DNA from: Planctomycetota bacterium
GTDB lineage: Bacteria; Planctomycetota; UBA8742; UBA2392
Direction of reading: 5' to 3'
DNA length: 64,000 nucleotides
Assembly: GCA_027493625.1 (NCBI GenBank)
Contig: JAOSKM010000001.1
Coordinates: 1,812,657 to 1,876,656 of the forward strand
The notes beneath the pieces were generated by a model that searched no databases, was not told the DNA's origin, and saw only the letters and a program-made list of their open reading frames with translations. Positions 1 to 13,950 of the stretch are shown here, piece after piece (positions within the stretch are counted from its first letter, which is position 1; each line of letters begins with the position of its first letter). The translations under genes were made by a program, and so were the position numbers.

Positions 1-797
1 TCCGCGACAAAAGCCAGATCCTGATCCGCCGCGGCCGGCTTGACGAAGCGCTTGAGCAGCTGCTGCACGCGGGCCAGCTCGCGCGCGAAGCCGGCCTGTC
101 GCGCGTCACCGCGATCGTGGAGGCTGACATGGCCGAGCTGTCGCTGGAAGTCGACGACATCGACGCCGCCGGCGAGCACGCGGGCCTGGCGCTGGACATC
201 TTCCGCGACATCCGCGAACCGGGCTCGATCGCGAGGGCCGCGCGGCTGCTGGCGGAAACCGAGATCGAACGCCGCGAGTATGCCTCCGCGCTCAAGCACC
301 TCGATGAGGCTCTCGACGCGCTGGGCAAGCTGGAGAATCAGAACGAAACCTGCATCGTCGAGGCGCTGCGCGGCCTGGCCCTGGTGGGCGTCGACGCCGC
401 GGACGGCGCCGAGAAGCTGGCCGCCGAGGCCCTGCGCCGCGCCGAGGAAGCCGGCGCCACCCGCCAGGACGCCTACCTGCTGCTGCTGGCCAGCCACGCC
501 CGCTGCCTGCTGGCGCTCGAGCGCGTGGCCGACGCCAACCGCGCGGCCGCCAGGGTCCGCGAGCTGGCCGCCGACGCCGGCTACAGCGCGTATTCCACGG
601 AGCGCATCGCGCGCAAGGCGCTCAGACTGCTCGAGGTCTCCGCGCGCGGCACCGCGCCGCGCGTGCGGGTGCATTGCGCGTTGTGCGGCCAGCGCTACAT
701 GGGATCGCGCGAGCGCATCAGGGCCTTGAAGAAGTGCATGCGCTGCGGCCATACTCCATTCCAGGCAGCCGATGTTCCGGACGGAGACCAGCCATGA
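1..797 (+). CDS. TPR-like helical repeat protein with C-terminal double CxxC zinc ribbon (5' end outside window)
   Basis: The frame is open from base 3. Ala/Leu/Glu-rich helical repeats are present (EYASALKHLDEALDALGKL). The C-terminus reads RVHCALCGQ...CMRCGH. The TGA at 795-797 overlaps the next ATG (ATGA). Confidence 0.55.
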   Translation, partial: RDKSQILIRRGRLDEALEQLLHAGQLAREAGLSRVTAIVEADMAELSLEVDDIDAAGEHAGLALDIFRDIREPGSIARAARLLAETEIERREYASALKHLDEALDALGKLENQNETCIVEALRGLALVGVDAADGAEKLAAEALRRAEEAGATRQDAYLLLLASHARCLLALERVADANRAAARVRELAADAGYSAYSTERIARKALRLLEVSARGTAPRVRVHCALCGQRYMGSRERIRALKKCMRCGHTPFQAADVPDGDQP

Positions 798-1165
798 GTT
801 CAAGCCAACTTGATCTTTTTGCCGCCGCCGCGCTGCAGGGCCTGCTGATCGACCGCGAGTGGGACGACGCCGAAGAGCTGGCCCGCGAGGCCTTCCGCAT
901 CGCGCGCGCCATGATGGCCGAGCGCCTGCGCCAGAACGAGCTGCCGGACAGCGAAGTGATGGAGTCCGACATCCTCGCCGAGCCGCTGGAGGTGCTGGAC
1001 CTCGCCCTGCGCATCACCAAGAAACTGCGCGCCATCGGCATCGAGCGCGTAAGAGACCTCACCCTCACCACCGAGCGCCAGGTGCGCAACACCGGCCTCG
1101 GCGACGAGAGCGTTGCCGAGATCCGCAACGCCCTGCACCGCCACGGCCTGACGCTGTCCCAGTAA
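794..1165 (+). CDS. small protein with RNA polymerase alpha C-terminal-like helix-hairpin-helix domain
   Basis: ATG 794 lies inside ORF 674-1165 and overlaps the upstream stop. The C-terminal half (LEVLDLALRITKKLRAIGIERVRDL...VAEIRNALHRHGL) resembles an RpoA-CTD HhH domain. Confidence 0.5.
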   Translation: MSSSQLDLFAAAALQGLLIDREWDDAEELAREAFRIARAMMAERLRQNELPDSEVMESDILAEPLEVLDLALRITKKLRAIGIERVRDLTLTTERQVRNTGLGDESVAEIRNALHRHGLTLSQ

Positions 1166-1501
1166 GCCCGGGCGATTTCGGCCCCGACCCTACAAACCGA
1201 CCGGTGTGTTGTAATCGCGCGCTGCGGCCGCAGCGGGTACTTTCATGGCGTGGGAACGAGGCCGACAGGCTGAAATCCACCCGCCGCGGGGCCGGAGCCA
1301 CCGCGTCAAACAGCGGCACCCCCGCCGCAGGACGCAGGTGAACTCGCCCCGCCGGAGCGGTCACTCCAACCACGGGCGCAGAGGCCAAAAGGGCCGAAGC
1401 GCCCGCCCGCCTTTAAAGGCTGATTCCAAACTCTCTCGCGGTCTGTTTCGGGCGGGGCGCTTCGAACCTCGGCGTCCCTCTACTCGCGGCGGAACCCTTG
1501 C

Positions 1502-2382
1502 CTACGCGGCGTTGCGGTAGTCTTCGCCTTCGATCCGGGGCGACATTTCAAGCAGCCTTTGCACCCGCGCTTCCATGGGCGGGTGGGTGCTGAACAGGGC
1601 GCTGATCCCGCGGCCGCTTAGCGGGTTCACGATGAACAAGTGCGCAGTGGCGGGCTCGACCCGGTGGTCGGGCTTGATGTGGTGCACGCCGTAGTGCAGC
1701 TTCTGAAGCGCGCGGGCAAGCGGCACGCCGCTGCCTACCAGCTTCGCACCGGTTTCGTCGGCCAGGTACTCGCGCGAGCGCGAGATCGCCAGCTGGATCA
1801 GCGTGGCGGCAAAGGGCGCCACCAGCATGGCCAGCAGGGCGCCGATGGCGCCCAGGGGTTGTCCTCGTCGTTGCTGCCGCCGAACATCACCACCCACATC
1901 AGCATGTTGGCGACCATGCTGATCGCGCCGGCAAAGGTCGCCGCGATGGTGCTGATCAGCGTGTCGCGGTTGATCACGTGCCCCAGCTCGTGTGCCAGCA
2001 CGGCCTGCACCTCAGCGTGATCCAGGATCTGCAGCAGGCCCTCGGTTACAGCGACGGCCGAGTGTTTGGGGCTGCGGCCGGTGGCGAACGCGTTTGGGGT
2101 GTGGTCGGGCACGATGTAGACGCGGGGCATGGGGATGTCCGCGCGGCAGGCGAGTTCCGCCACCATGGCGTGCAGCTCAGGGGCCTGATCGGGGCCGACT
2201 TCGCGGGCGCGGTAAAGCGCCAGCACCAGCCTGTCGGAGAACCACCAGGCGCCGAAGTTCATGGCGACGGCGATACCGAAGGCGACCAGCATGCCGACGT
2301 AGCCGCCGATCAGCCAGCCCATGCCGACGGCAACACCCGTCAGCAGGCCCAGAAACAGTGCGGTTTTGAAGCGGTTCCACAT
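1502..2382 (-). CDS. htpX: M48 family zinc protease HtpX, split by a 1-nt frameshift
   Basis: ORFs 1798-2382 and 1502-1897 together give a complete HtpX: TM N-terminus, HELGH motif, C-terminal FSTHPP. The frames join (..[14 protein letters not shown]..) if the G4 run at 1855-1858 is one base longer. Confidence 0.8.
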
Positions 2383-2509
2383 GGCTCACTATCCTCGGGC
2401 AACGGCCCTGTTCGCGGATTCAACACCAGCGCCGGGGCGGTAATTCCCGGAACCAGCGCCCTCAACAGCGGTTATTGAGCTAAAAGCGTGGCGGATTTCG
2501 CGAGGAACC

Positions 2510-3016
2510 ATGCTGATCCGCCCCGAAACCAGCGACGACATCGCCGCCATCCACGCGGTGAATGCTGCGGCATTCGAGACTTCCGCCGAGGCCGAACTGG
2601 TGGATGGCCTTCGCGCGGCCAGGGTGTCGCCGTTCATCTCGCTGGTGGCCGAGACCGGCGGCCGTGTGGTCGGGCACATCCTGTTTACGCCGGTGCAGGT
2701 GGTCGGCGAGGGCACATGGGATGCACTGGCGCTGGCCCCCATGGCCGTGCTGCCCGAGTTCCAGCGCCGCGGCATCGGCTCGCAGCTTGTGCACGCCGGG
2801 CTGGAAGCTTGCCGCGCGGCCGGGCACGAGGTGGTGTTCGTACTGGGCCACCCGGAGTTCTACCCGCGCTTCGGCTTCCGCCGCATGAGCGAGTTCGGCA
2901 TCACCTGCGAGTTCAATGCGCCCGACGAAGTGCTGATGGTGCTGGAGCTGACGCCCGGCGCGATCGTCGGCCGCCGGGGCGAGGTGCGCTACCACCCGCT
3001 GTTCCAAGGCGTATAG
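2510..3016 (+). CDS. GNAT family N-acetyltransferase
   Basis: 168 aa. The acetyl-CoA pocket pattern VLPEFQRRGIGSQLV and the overall layout match YhbS-like GNATs. Confidence 0.8.
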   Translation: MLIRPETSDDIAAIHAVNAAAFETSAEAELVDGLRAARVSPFISLVAETGGRVVGHILFTPVQVVGEGTWDALALAPMAVLPEFQRRGIGSQLVHAGLEACRAAGHEVVFVLGHPEFYPRFGFRRMSEFGITCEFNAPDEVLMVLELTPGAIVGRRGEVRYHPLFQGV

Positions 3017-3137
3017 CCCATTCCAAAGGGTTGCTTCGTTTCCCATCGCGGCCGCTGATTGCGCGGCATAGGCTTATGTCGGGGACCGGCAATAGGGCCG
3101 GGAACCGGCAGGAGAGGCGAAACTCGAGGAGGCAACC

Positions 3138-3287
3138 ATGTACCGGCTGATCTGGTTGGCGGCGTTCTTTGCGATCTGTGCCGTCTACTTTGTCGAGGGC
3201 CTGTGGGTACTGGGTGTCGTCCTGCACTGCCTGCTGTTCTTCGCCTGGCTGGTGGTCGCGCCCGGTGAAAGCCGCAGGAAGGAGTAG
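3138..3287 (+). CDS. 49-aa hydrophobic small protein (two predicted TM helices), not in the ORF track
   Basis: ATG 3138 is preceded by GGAGG with a 5-nt spacer (gaggaggcaaccATG). Sequence MYRLIWLAAFFAICAVYFVEGLWVLGVVLHCLLFFAWLVVAPGESRRKE, TAG at 3285-3287. Confidence 0.35.
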   Translation: MYRLIWLAAFFAICAVYFVEGLWVLGVVLHCLLFFAWLVVAPGESRRKE

Positions 3288-3389
3288 CCCCGCCCCGCGC
3301 CCGCGCACATGGAAAGCCTCGTCCGTGGGCGGCCGCAGTTCTGCCGGCTTTCAGCTCCGGGCGTTTCATGGTGAATTCTGGCCGGTACT

Positions 3390-6201
3390 CTACTGGCTGG
3401 GTTGTTCCCAGGACAGGAAGGCTGCCTGGGGAGACAACGCGTGGGCCGGCGGCTCGTCCAGCAGGATTACGCGGGCCTCCCCCTCGGGCTCGAGGCCCGC
3501 GGCGTGCGCGGCCTGCAGCAGGGCCGGCGCGTGGCGCGTGCCGTCGCGCAGCTTGAGCGCCCCCGACAGCAGGAACACCCAGCGCGCGGCGCCAACCTCC
3601 AGCTTGTCGCCCGCGTGCAGCGTGACGGTCTGCTTGCCGCGGGCCCAGTCCGTGCGCTGGGCGTGAGCCAGGTGCTGCCAGGCCGCGTCGCCGCGCAGCA
3701 GGTTGTCGAGCACGTGGCGGGCCCAGGCGTCCTCGACCTGATTGCGCAACTCGGGTGATTCCTCCATCAGCTTGCGCACGTCGGGGAAGCGCAGGCGCAG
3801 GGCGGTCAGTGTGGTGGCGGCGCGCACGCTGGCGCTGCGCGGCTCGCCGGTCAGCAGGGCCATTTCGCCCAGCACCTCGCCGCCGCCGATGATGTCCAGC
3901 AGGCGCTCCTGTTCACCTTCGCCCTTCACCACGTGGGCGGCGCCGCGCGCGATGATGAACATGGCGTCGCCAGGCTCGCCCCTCGTGCAGCAGCAATTCA
4001 TCCTTGGCGAACACCGCCTCTTCGGCGGCGTCGGCCAGCAGCTTCAGCAGCTTCGGGTCGAGCGACTGGAACAGCGGGATGCCGCGCAGCAGCTCGGCGG
4101 CCGAGGGCAGCTCCGCGCGCGTCGGCGACATGGCGAGCTCGGCCATGCGGCGCTGGATGATCTCCAGGAAGTCGTCCGCGACGGCCGCCGGCACCAGGCC
4201 CTCTTTCTCGAACTGCTCCAGGGCGCCGCGCTCGAGGTTCAGCTCCACGCGCTTGCCCAGCCGCTTCTCGATGGCGCTGGCGACCTCGGGCGCGTTGGCG
4301 CGCAGGTCTTCCAGCGACTGCTGCGCCTCGCGGCGGAAGCGCTGGTAGGCCGCGGTCACCTTCCGCACCGGCTCGGACTCGCGTTCCGGGCTCTGCTCCA
4401 GGCTGTGCAGCACGCGGGCCGCCGCCACGGACTCGGCCCATGCCAGCTCGTAGAGGCGCGAGATGCCGAGGAACGCCAGGCGGCCGCTGACAAAGGGCAG
4501 CTTGCGCAACAGGCGCAGCAGGCGGTTGCGCGCGCGCAGCAGGCGGCCGGTGCGGCTGTCGGGCGCGGCGGTGTCGCCGGCCGCCAGGCGCTCGAGCTGC
4601 GACTCCAGCTCAAAGGCCAGGATCTGCTGGGTGGGGCCGCTGATCAGGCCGGTCTGGTTGGATTCGTCGTAGGCCGAGCGCTCGACGGCGATGGCCTGGT
4701 ACCAGGCCAGTTGCGCCAGCTCGGCGGGGTCTTCGCGGCGCAGCTCGTTGCGCGACTCGCGCAGGTGCTCCTCGACCACGCGGCGGCGCTCGCGCATGGA
4801 GGCGCGGATTTCGTCCCAGTGGATGGTGCGGTAGCGCGTGCGAGCCGCCAGCCGCTCGATGTCGGCCTCCACCTGCTGCAGCACGCGCGACTGCGCCAGC
4901 AGCCGCAGCAGCCTCTCACCGGGCGGGCGCTTGCCGAAACCCAGCTTGCGCAGCAGCAGGCCCGTGGTGGTGCCGTTCACCAGGATGGTCAGCAGCACCA
5001 CGCCCGCGGTCACGCGCAGCATCTGGCCGCGCACATCCGGCGGCAGTTTGTCGTCGGCCGCCACCAGCAGCACCAGCGCCAGTGATACCGCGCCGCGCAG
5101 GCCGCCCCAGGCGATCACCGTCGCCTGGCGAGCTGTCACTTTCGGGCCCAGCAGGCTCATCACGGGCTGGAACAGGAACACGGCGGCAAAGCGGATCAGC
5201 ATGATGCCCGCCCAGGCCGCCAGGGTGACCAGTACGCCCAGCAGCGTGAAGTGCTCGAACTGGCCGGCGATCACCATGCCGGCCAGGAAGAAGATCAGCG
5301 TGTTGGCGACGTGCGCCATCATGCCGAGGAACTGGTGGGCGCGGTGGCGCACCTCGGGGCTGATCGCGGTGTGGCCCGGGCCGCTCATCCACAGGCCCAC
5401 GGTCACCACGGCGATCACGCCCGAGACGTGCAGCGAGGCCTCGCCCAGGATCATGGCCGCGTAGCCCATCACCACGATCAGCGTGATTTCGACCTTGGGC
5501 TCGTCGAAGATGCGGCTCAGCAGCCACGACAGCGCCAGCGCGATCACCAGCCCCAGGCCGATGCCGCCGGCCAGCACCTTGACGAAACTGCCCAGGGCGG
5601 GCGCCAGCTGGAAGTCGCCGCCGGCGGCAATGCCGATCAGCAGCGTGAAGGCCACGATGGCCGTGGCGTCGTTGAGCAGCGACTCGCCCTCGATCAGCAG
5701 CGCCAGCCGCTTGGGCGCGCCGACGTCGCGCAGCAGGGCCACCACGGCGACCGGGTCCGTGGCGCTGATCAGCGCGCCGAACACCAGCGCGACCGGCAGC
5801 GACCACTGCCAGCCCAGGCCCGTCACGCCCAGCATCAGCGCGGCGGTGGCAAGCAGGCAGGCCAGCATGGCGGGAATCGCCAGGGTGGCGATCGGCCCGA
5901 TGTTGCGCCCGAACTTGTAGGTGTCGAGCGACAGGGCGGACTCGAACACCAGGGTGGGCACGAACACGAAAAGCACCAGGTCGGTGTTGAGCGCGGCGCC
6001 GGAGGCCATGGATTGCAGGCCGTGGGGCAGCAGCTCGTGGCGGCGCAGCAGCAGCAGCAGGGCGCCGACGCCAAGTCCCAGCACCAGCATGGCGACGGAA
6101 TAGGGGAACTTGTAGCGCCTGGCGGCCAGCTTCACGCCCGCGCCGACGGCCAGCACGAAGCAGGCCACCAGCACGATGGTCAGTTCAGGCCCGTGTTCCA
6201 T
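3390..6201 (-). CDS. NhaP-type (CPA1) Na+/H+ exchanger fused to C-terminal cyclic-nucleotide-binding domain(s), split by a 1-nt frameshift
   Basis: A multi-TM N-terminus carries ATDPVAV...ESLLNDA, followed by a long helical linker and then a cNMP beta-barrel (GEVLGEMALLTGEPRSASV). ORFs 3913-6201 and 3390-4001 join (..LLLHEG|EPGDAMFII..) if the C4 run at 3979-3982 is one base shorter. Confidence 0.8.
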
Positions 6202-6251
6202 GGCAGGCGCCCCACAATCAGAAACGCCGGCATGGCGTTGTGACGTCCATT

Positions 6252-6307
6252 GGAGGTTGGAGGTCAGAGGTTAGAGGTCGGAGGTTAGAGGTCAGAGGTC
6301 GGGGAGG
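6252..6307. repeat. heptamer tandem array (GGAGGTY/AGAGGTY, about 8 units)
   Basis: Reads GGAGGTT GGAGGTC AGAGGTT AGAGGTC GGAGGTT AGAGGTC AGAGGTC GGGGAGG. Confidence 0.9.
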
Positions 6308-6333
6308 ATGTACCGCAATCGGTTTGTGAAGTT

Positions 6334-6360
6334 CGCCTGCCGCCTGCCGCCTGCCGCCTG
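6334..6360. repeat. heptamer tandem array (CGCCTGC, about 4 units)
   Basis: Reads cgcctgc cgcctgc cgcctgc cgcctg. Confidence 0.9.
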
Positions 6361-6372
6361 TCACGCCATCGG

Positions 6373-6403
6373 CCGCGCGCTTGCGCTTGCGGCTCCTGTT
6401 CCT
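6373..6403. repeat. 31-nt dispersed repeat core (copy 1 of 2)
   Basis: ggccgcgcgctTgcgcttgcggctcctgttcc matches 40990-41020 with one mismatch. Both copies lie just 3' of minus-strand genes. Confidence 0.85.
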
Positions 6404-6454
6404 GCCTCCTGCTTCCTGCCTCCTGCCTCCTGCCTCCTGCTTCCTGCTTCCTGC
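6393..6454. repeat. heptamer tandem array (TCCTGCY, about 9 units) abutting the STAS gene stop codon
   Basis: Reads CTCCTGT TCCTGCC TCCTGCT TCCTGCC x3 TCCTGCT x2 and runs into the stop codon at 6454-6456. Confidence 0.9.
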
Positions 6455-7293
6455 TAATACACGTAGAAGAATTCCTCCACCGTGTGCTCCATGGGCGGCT
6501 CGATCTGCTGCCAGCCGGAGTCGATCTTCAGCAGCGTCATCAACTGCTCATAGTGCAGGCGGTCGCGGAAGGTGATCTTCTCCGAGACCACGCCGGTGGG
6601 CACGTCGCTGGCCCACAGCTCCAGGTCCTTGAAATCAAAGCCCTTGGCGCGCAGCCAGGCATGGAACTGGTGCAGCTTGTCGAAGGTGCTGTGGGTCGCG
6701 CCGCAGCCGCAGTTGTGGCGGCGCAGCAGCACGTAGGCCGCGGCGTGCAACTCGTTGCGCCGCTCGCCCTCGTGCACTTCCATGGTGCTGGCGCGGCTGG
6801 GCGCCTTGGGCGGGTGGCTGTTCAGGTCCACGGGCACGATCTCAAGCAGCCCTTTCGGCCCCATCTCGAGGCTCTTCACCTTGCCGTCGGCGTAAATGTC
6901 GATACGCCCCGCCGGGTTGGGCACAAAGGGCGGCACGAAGCCCAGCAGCACCGAGTGATAGGTGCCGTCCTGGGCGCTGCTCAGTACCCGGTGCTCGATG
7001 GCCTTGGCCGCGCCGTACACCTCGAGGTAGCTGCGCACCACCGGCGGCGGGTCGCAGATCACGAACTGGCGGTTGTACTTCTCGGCCACCTTGATCAGGT
7101 CCAGCAGCGTGGCGACGGCCGCGGAGTCGATCTGTTCAACCTGGTGCAGGTGCAGGATGCGGTGCCCGTCGATCTCGAACAGCTTGCGCTGCCTGATGTA
7201 CTGCTGCAGGCGGGGCACCAGCACGTTGTCAACGCGGGCGGGCAGCGTGGTGACGACGGCGCGGAAATCGCGCGGGATGGTGATTTCGGCCAT
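6454..7293 (-). CDS. STAS (anti-sigma antagonist-like) domain protein with uncharacterised C-terminal domain
   Basis: AGGAG precedes ATG 7293. The N-terminal ~110 aa have a STAS-like pattern (LDLIKVAEKYNRQFVICDPPPVVRSYLEVYG). I do not recognise the C-terminal ~130 aa (HNCGCGATH...FFYVY). Confidence 0.55.
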   Translation of the reverse strand: MAEITIPRDFRAVVTTLPARVDNVLVPRLQQYIRQRKLFEIDGHRILHLHQVEQIDSAAVATLLDLIKVAEKYNRQFVICDPPPVVRSYLEVYGAAKAIEHRVLSSAQDGTYHSVLLGFVPPFVPNPAGRIDIYADGKVKSLEMGPKGLLEIVPVDLNSHPPKAPSRASTMEVHEGERRNELHAAAYVLLRRHNCGCGATHSTFDKLHQFHAWLRAKGFDFKDLELWASDVPTGVVSEKITFRDRLHYEQLMTLLKIDSGWQQIEPPMEHTVEEFFYVY

Positions 7294-7332
7294 GGCGGGG
7301 CTCCTGTGTACAGGTGCTAACCGCGGGAGAGC

Positions 7333-9141
7333 CTAGTTTGTTCCGCGCCCCGCAGCAGCAGCCAGGTTGGGCTCGCTTTCGCCGGCGCCCGACTCGAGGT
7401 TGCGCAGGGCCTGGCGGCGCTCCTCCCAGCGGCCGATGCGGGCGTCGATCACGTTGACGGTGTGGTTCTTGATGCGCCGCAGGGCGACCACGATGTCGCT
7501 GAACACCATGCCCGCCAGCGCCTCGCAGCGCCCCTCGCGCACGCGGGCCAGGTGGGCGTCGCGGATCTCGTCGGCGCGCACGCCGATCGCGTCCGCCAGC
7601 CGCACCAGCTCGCGCACTTCGTCGTCGGTCATATCCACCTTCTGGTGGGTGATCACGAACTCGGCAGCCGCCTTCAGGAACTCGCCGACCCGCGCGAACA
7701 GGTCGTCAAGCTCCTGCCATGCGTCGTCTGAGAACTTCAGGTTGTCACGGAACATGCGGGAGCGGTACTTGGTCAGGCTCTGGCAGTAGTCCACCACGCT
7801 TTCCAGCTCGTCGCTGATGCGGATCAGCGCGTAGCCGCGCTTGGCCTGCTCGGCCGTCATCGGCAGCTGCATCACCTCGGTGATGAACAGCGTGACTTCC
7901 ATCTGGATGTTGTCGGTGACCTGCTCCAGGTGCTCGACCTGCTTGAACAGGTCAGGCTGGTCGGCCTGCAGGCGCACGTACTTCGTGGCGTCGCGGAAGG
8001 CGTCCAGCGTGACGTCGCCCATCAGCCGGATTTCGCCCTCGGCCTCTTCCAGTGCCAGCTCGGGCGCGATGTTGGACATGTTGCCCGAAAGCTTCAGGCG
8101 CTTCTTGCTGCGCTTGCCCTTGTCCGGCTTGAGCCATACCACCAGCTTCACCAGCAGCGGCAGCAGCGGCAGGAAGAACAGGTTGTTGGTGAGGTTGAAG
8201 CCGCTGTGGCCCGCGGCGATCTTCATCATGATCAGCGGGTCCACGCCTTCCGCGGCGCCGGTGCCATCCACCTTGAACAGGCCCGAGATGATGCCGGGCA
8301 CGCCCTCGACCACGGTCTCCACGGCGCCGACGTACCAGGGGAAGATGATCACCATCACCGTCACGCCGATCACGTTGAACATGATGTGCGCGTAGCTGGC
8401 GCGCTTGGCGTCGATGTTGCCGCCGATCGCCGCCAGGTGCATGGTGATGGTCGTGCCGATGTTCTCGCCCAGCACCAGTGCTGCCGCGGTGTGGTAGTCG
8501 ATCTGGCCCGTGGCCGCCAGCGACATGGTGATCGCCAGCATCGCCGAGCTGCTCTGCACGATAAAGGTCAGCGCGCAGCCCAGCACCACGCAGGCCAGGA
8601 TCGAGAGGATGTTGTCGGCCTGGATGATCTTCATCAGGCCCTGGAACTCCTCACTGCCCGCCAGCGGCTTGAAGCCGCCCGACATGAACTCGAGGCCGAT
8701 GAACACCATGCCCAGCGCGATCAGCACCTTGCCGATGGCCTTCCACTTCATCGACTTCGCGAAGAACATCGGCACGAAGCCGGCGCCCACCAGCAGCAGG
8801 CCGTATTTGCCGATCTTCACGGCGATGATCCAGCCCGTGATGGTGGTGCCGATGTTGGCGCCCAGCACCACGCCCACAGCCTGCGTCAGGTTCATAAGAC
8901 CGGCGTTAATGAAGCCGACCAGCATCACGGTGGTGACGCTGCTGGACTGCACGATCACGGTCAGCAGCACGCCCACGCCCATGGCGACGACGCGGTTGTT
9001 GGTGAGCCAGCCGATCAGCTTGCGGATGAAGTCGGATGCCAGAGCCTGCAGGCTTTCGCTCAGCAGCTTCATGCCGAACAGGAAGATGCCCAGGCCGCCG
9101 AGAACGGTGTAGGCGAGGGTGAACCACTTGCCGGCATCCAT
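7333..9141 (-). CDS. Na/Pi cotransporter family protein with C-terminal PhoU-like domain
   Basis: Two Na/Pi-cotransporter repeats are present (LIGWLTNNRVVAMGVGVLLTVIVQSSS; GCALTFIVQSSSAML), followed by helical PhoU-like repeats. The likely start is MDAGKWF at 9141 inside ORF 7333-9201. Confidence 0.8.
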   Translation of the reverse strand: MDAGKWFTLAYTVLGGLGIFLFGMKLLSESLQALASDFIRKLIGWLTNNRVVAMGVGVLLTVIVQSSSVTTVMLVGFINAGLMNLTQAVGVVLGANIGTTITGWIIAVKIGKYGLLLVGAGFVPMFFAKSMKWKAIGKVLIALGMVFIGLEFMSGGFKPLAGSEEFQGLMKIIQADNILSILACVVLGCALTFIVQSSSAMLAITMSLAATGQIDYHTAAALVLGENIGTTITMHLAAIGGNIDAKRASYAHIMFNVIGVTVMVIIFPWYVGAVETVVEGVPGIISGLFKVDGTGAAEGVDPLIMMKIAAGHSGFNLTNNLFFLPLLPLLVKLVVWLKPDKGKRSKKRLKLSGNMSNIAPELALEEAEGEIRLMGDVTLDAFRDATKYVRLQADQPDLFKQVEHLEQVTDNIQMEVTLFITEVMQLPMTAEQAKRGYALIRISDELESVVDYCQSLTKYRSRMFRDNLKFSDDAWQELDDLFARVGEFLKAAAEFVITHQKVDMTDDEVRELVRLADAIGVRADEIRDAHLARVREGRCEALAGMVFSDIVVALRRIKNHTVNVIDARIGRWEERRQALRNLESGAGESEPNLAAAAGRGTN

Positions 9142-9275
9142 GCTGTCGCTCCAGTGTCGTCGGCGACAATAGCGAGCGGACCCCGCCGGATTAAAGAGCA
9201 TGCCAAGGAAATGTTAACCGGCCTCCGCGCGCCCCTGCTGACAGGCGGCCGGGGGACGCTAAAACCATAACGGCC

Positions 9276-13663
<4,388 letters not shown>

Positions 13664-13667
<4 letters not shown>

Positions 13668-13684
13668 GGACACGCGGCCGCGGT
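13664..13684. repeat. REP family A half copy (GTAG-GGACACGCGGCCGCG)
   Basis: The left arm and loop are identical to the full copy at 25830-25851. The right arm is lost. Confidence 0.6.
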
Positions 13685-13750
13685 AACCAAGGCCCGGGAT
13701 GCCCCTGTCCGACAAAGCCTTGGCGAAGTCGGAAATCCCGGGCGAATCAG
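13685..13750. repeat. REP family C copy with 30-nt insertion in the hairpin
   Basis: aaccaaggCCCGGGATGCC[30 nt]AATCCCGGGCGAATCAG compares with 19200-19237. The insert itself forms a tccgac/gtcgga stem. Confidence 0.65.
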
Positions 13751-13926
13751 AGCACCTTCATGGTTGGCCTGCAGGACAACGGCCCCAAAAGGGCTCCACT
13801 AAGGTAGCCGGGCGTATTCGCGCCCGGAGTTGTCCGGCCGTGTTCTCAGGCGCTCGAAGGGCGGCCTTCACCGCGCATCGCACTCTTCAGGCGGCCCTGC
13901 GGGCGCGCCTTCCGGGGCCATGGACA

Positions 13927-13950
13927 CCGGGGGCTTACGCCCCCGGCTAC
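13927..13950 (-). repeat. RAYT-type REP relative (GTAG + CCGGGGG-CGTAAG-CCCCCGG on minus strand)
   Basis: It has the same CGTAAG loop and G5/C5 stem as the hairpins flanking the RAYT gene (40257-40276, 40817-40836), with the arms swapped. Confidence 0.55.

Noticed and set aside
1245-1345. Cobalamin-riboswitch-like fragments (GGGAAC..GGCTGAAATCC..CCCGCC..GCCACCG)
   Set aside because: Only scattered partial matches to the B12-box region. The surrounding pairing elements are not evident. The region lies between convergent genes with nothing downstream to regulate.
1396-1470. tRNA-like GGTTCGAAG motif on the minus strand and a 14-bp stem with a 39-nt loop
   Set aside because: No T-arm pairing flanks the motif and no cloverleaf can be drawn. 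It is probably just a 3' hairpin shared by the convergent genes.
3742-6243. Long plus-strand ORFs (3742-5085, 5251-6243). Similar antisense ORFs occur elsewhere: 9603-10808, 10896-11864, 32685-34205, 43156-44649, 44764-45813, 53311-55245 and 57346-58653.
   Set aside because: These are typical high-GC shadow ORFs. They are Arg/Ala/Gly/His-rich and have no motifs. Each lies opposite a gene with clear family signatures.
6252-6454. Possible CRISPR array
   Set aside because: The units are 7 nt with no spacers, and no cas genes are present in the window.
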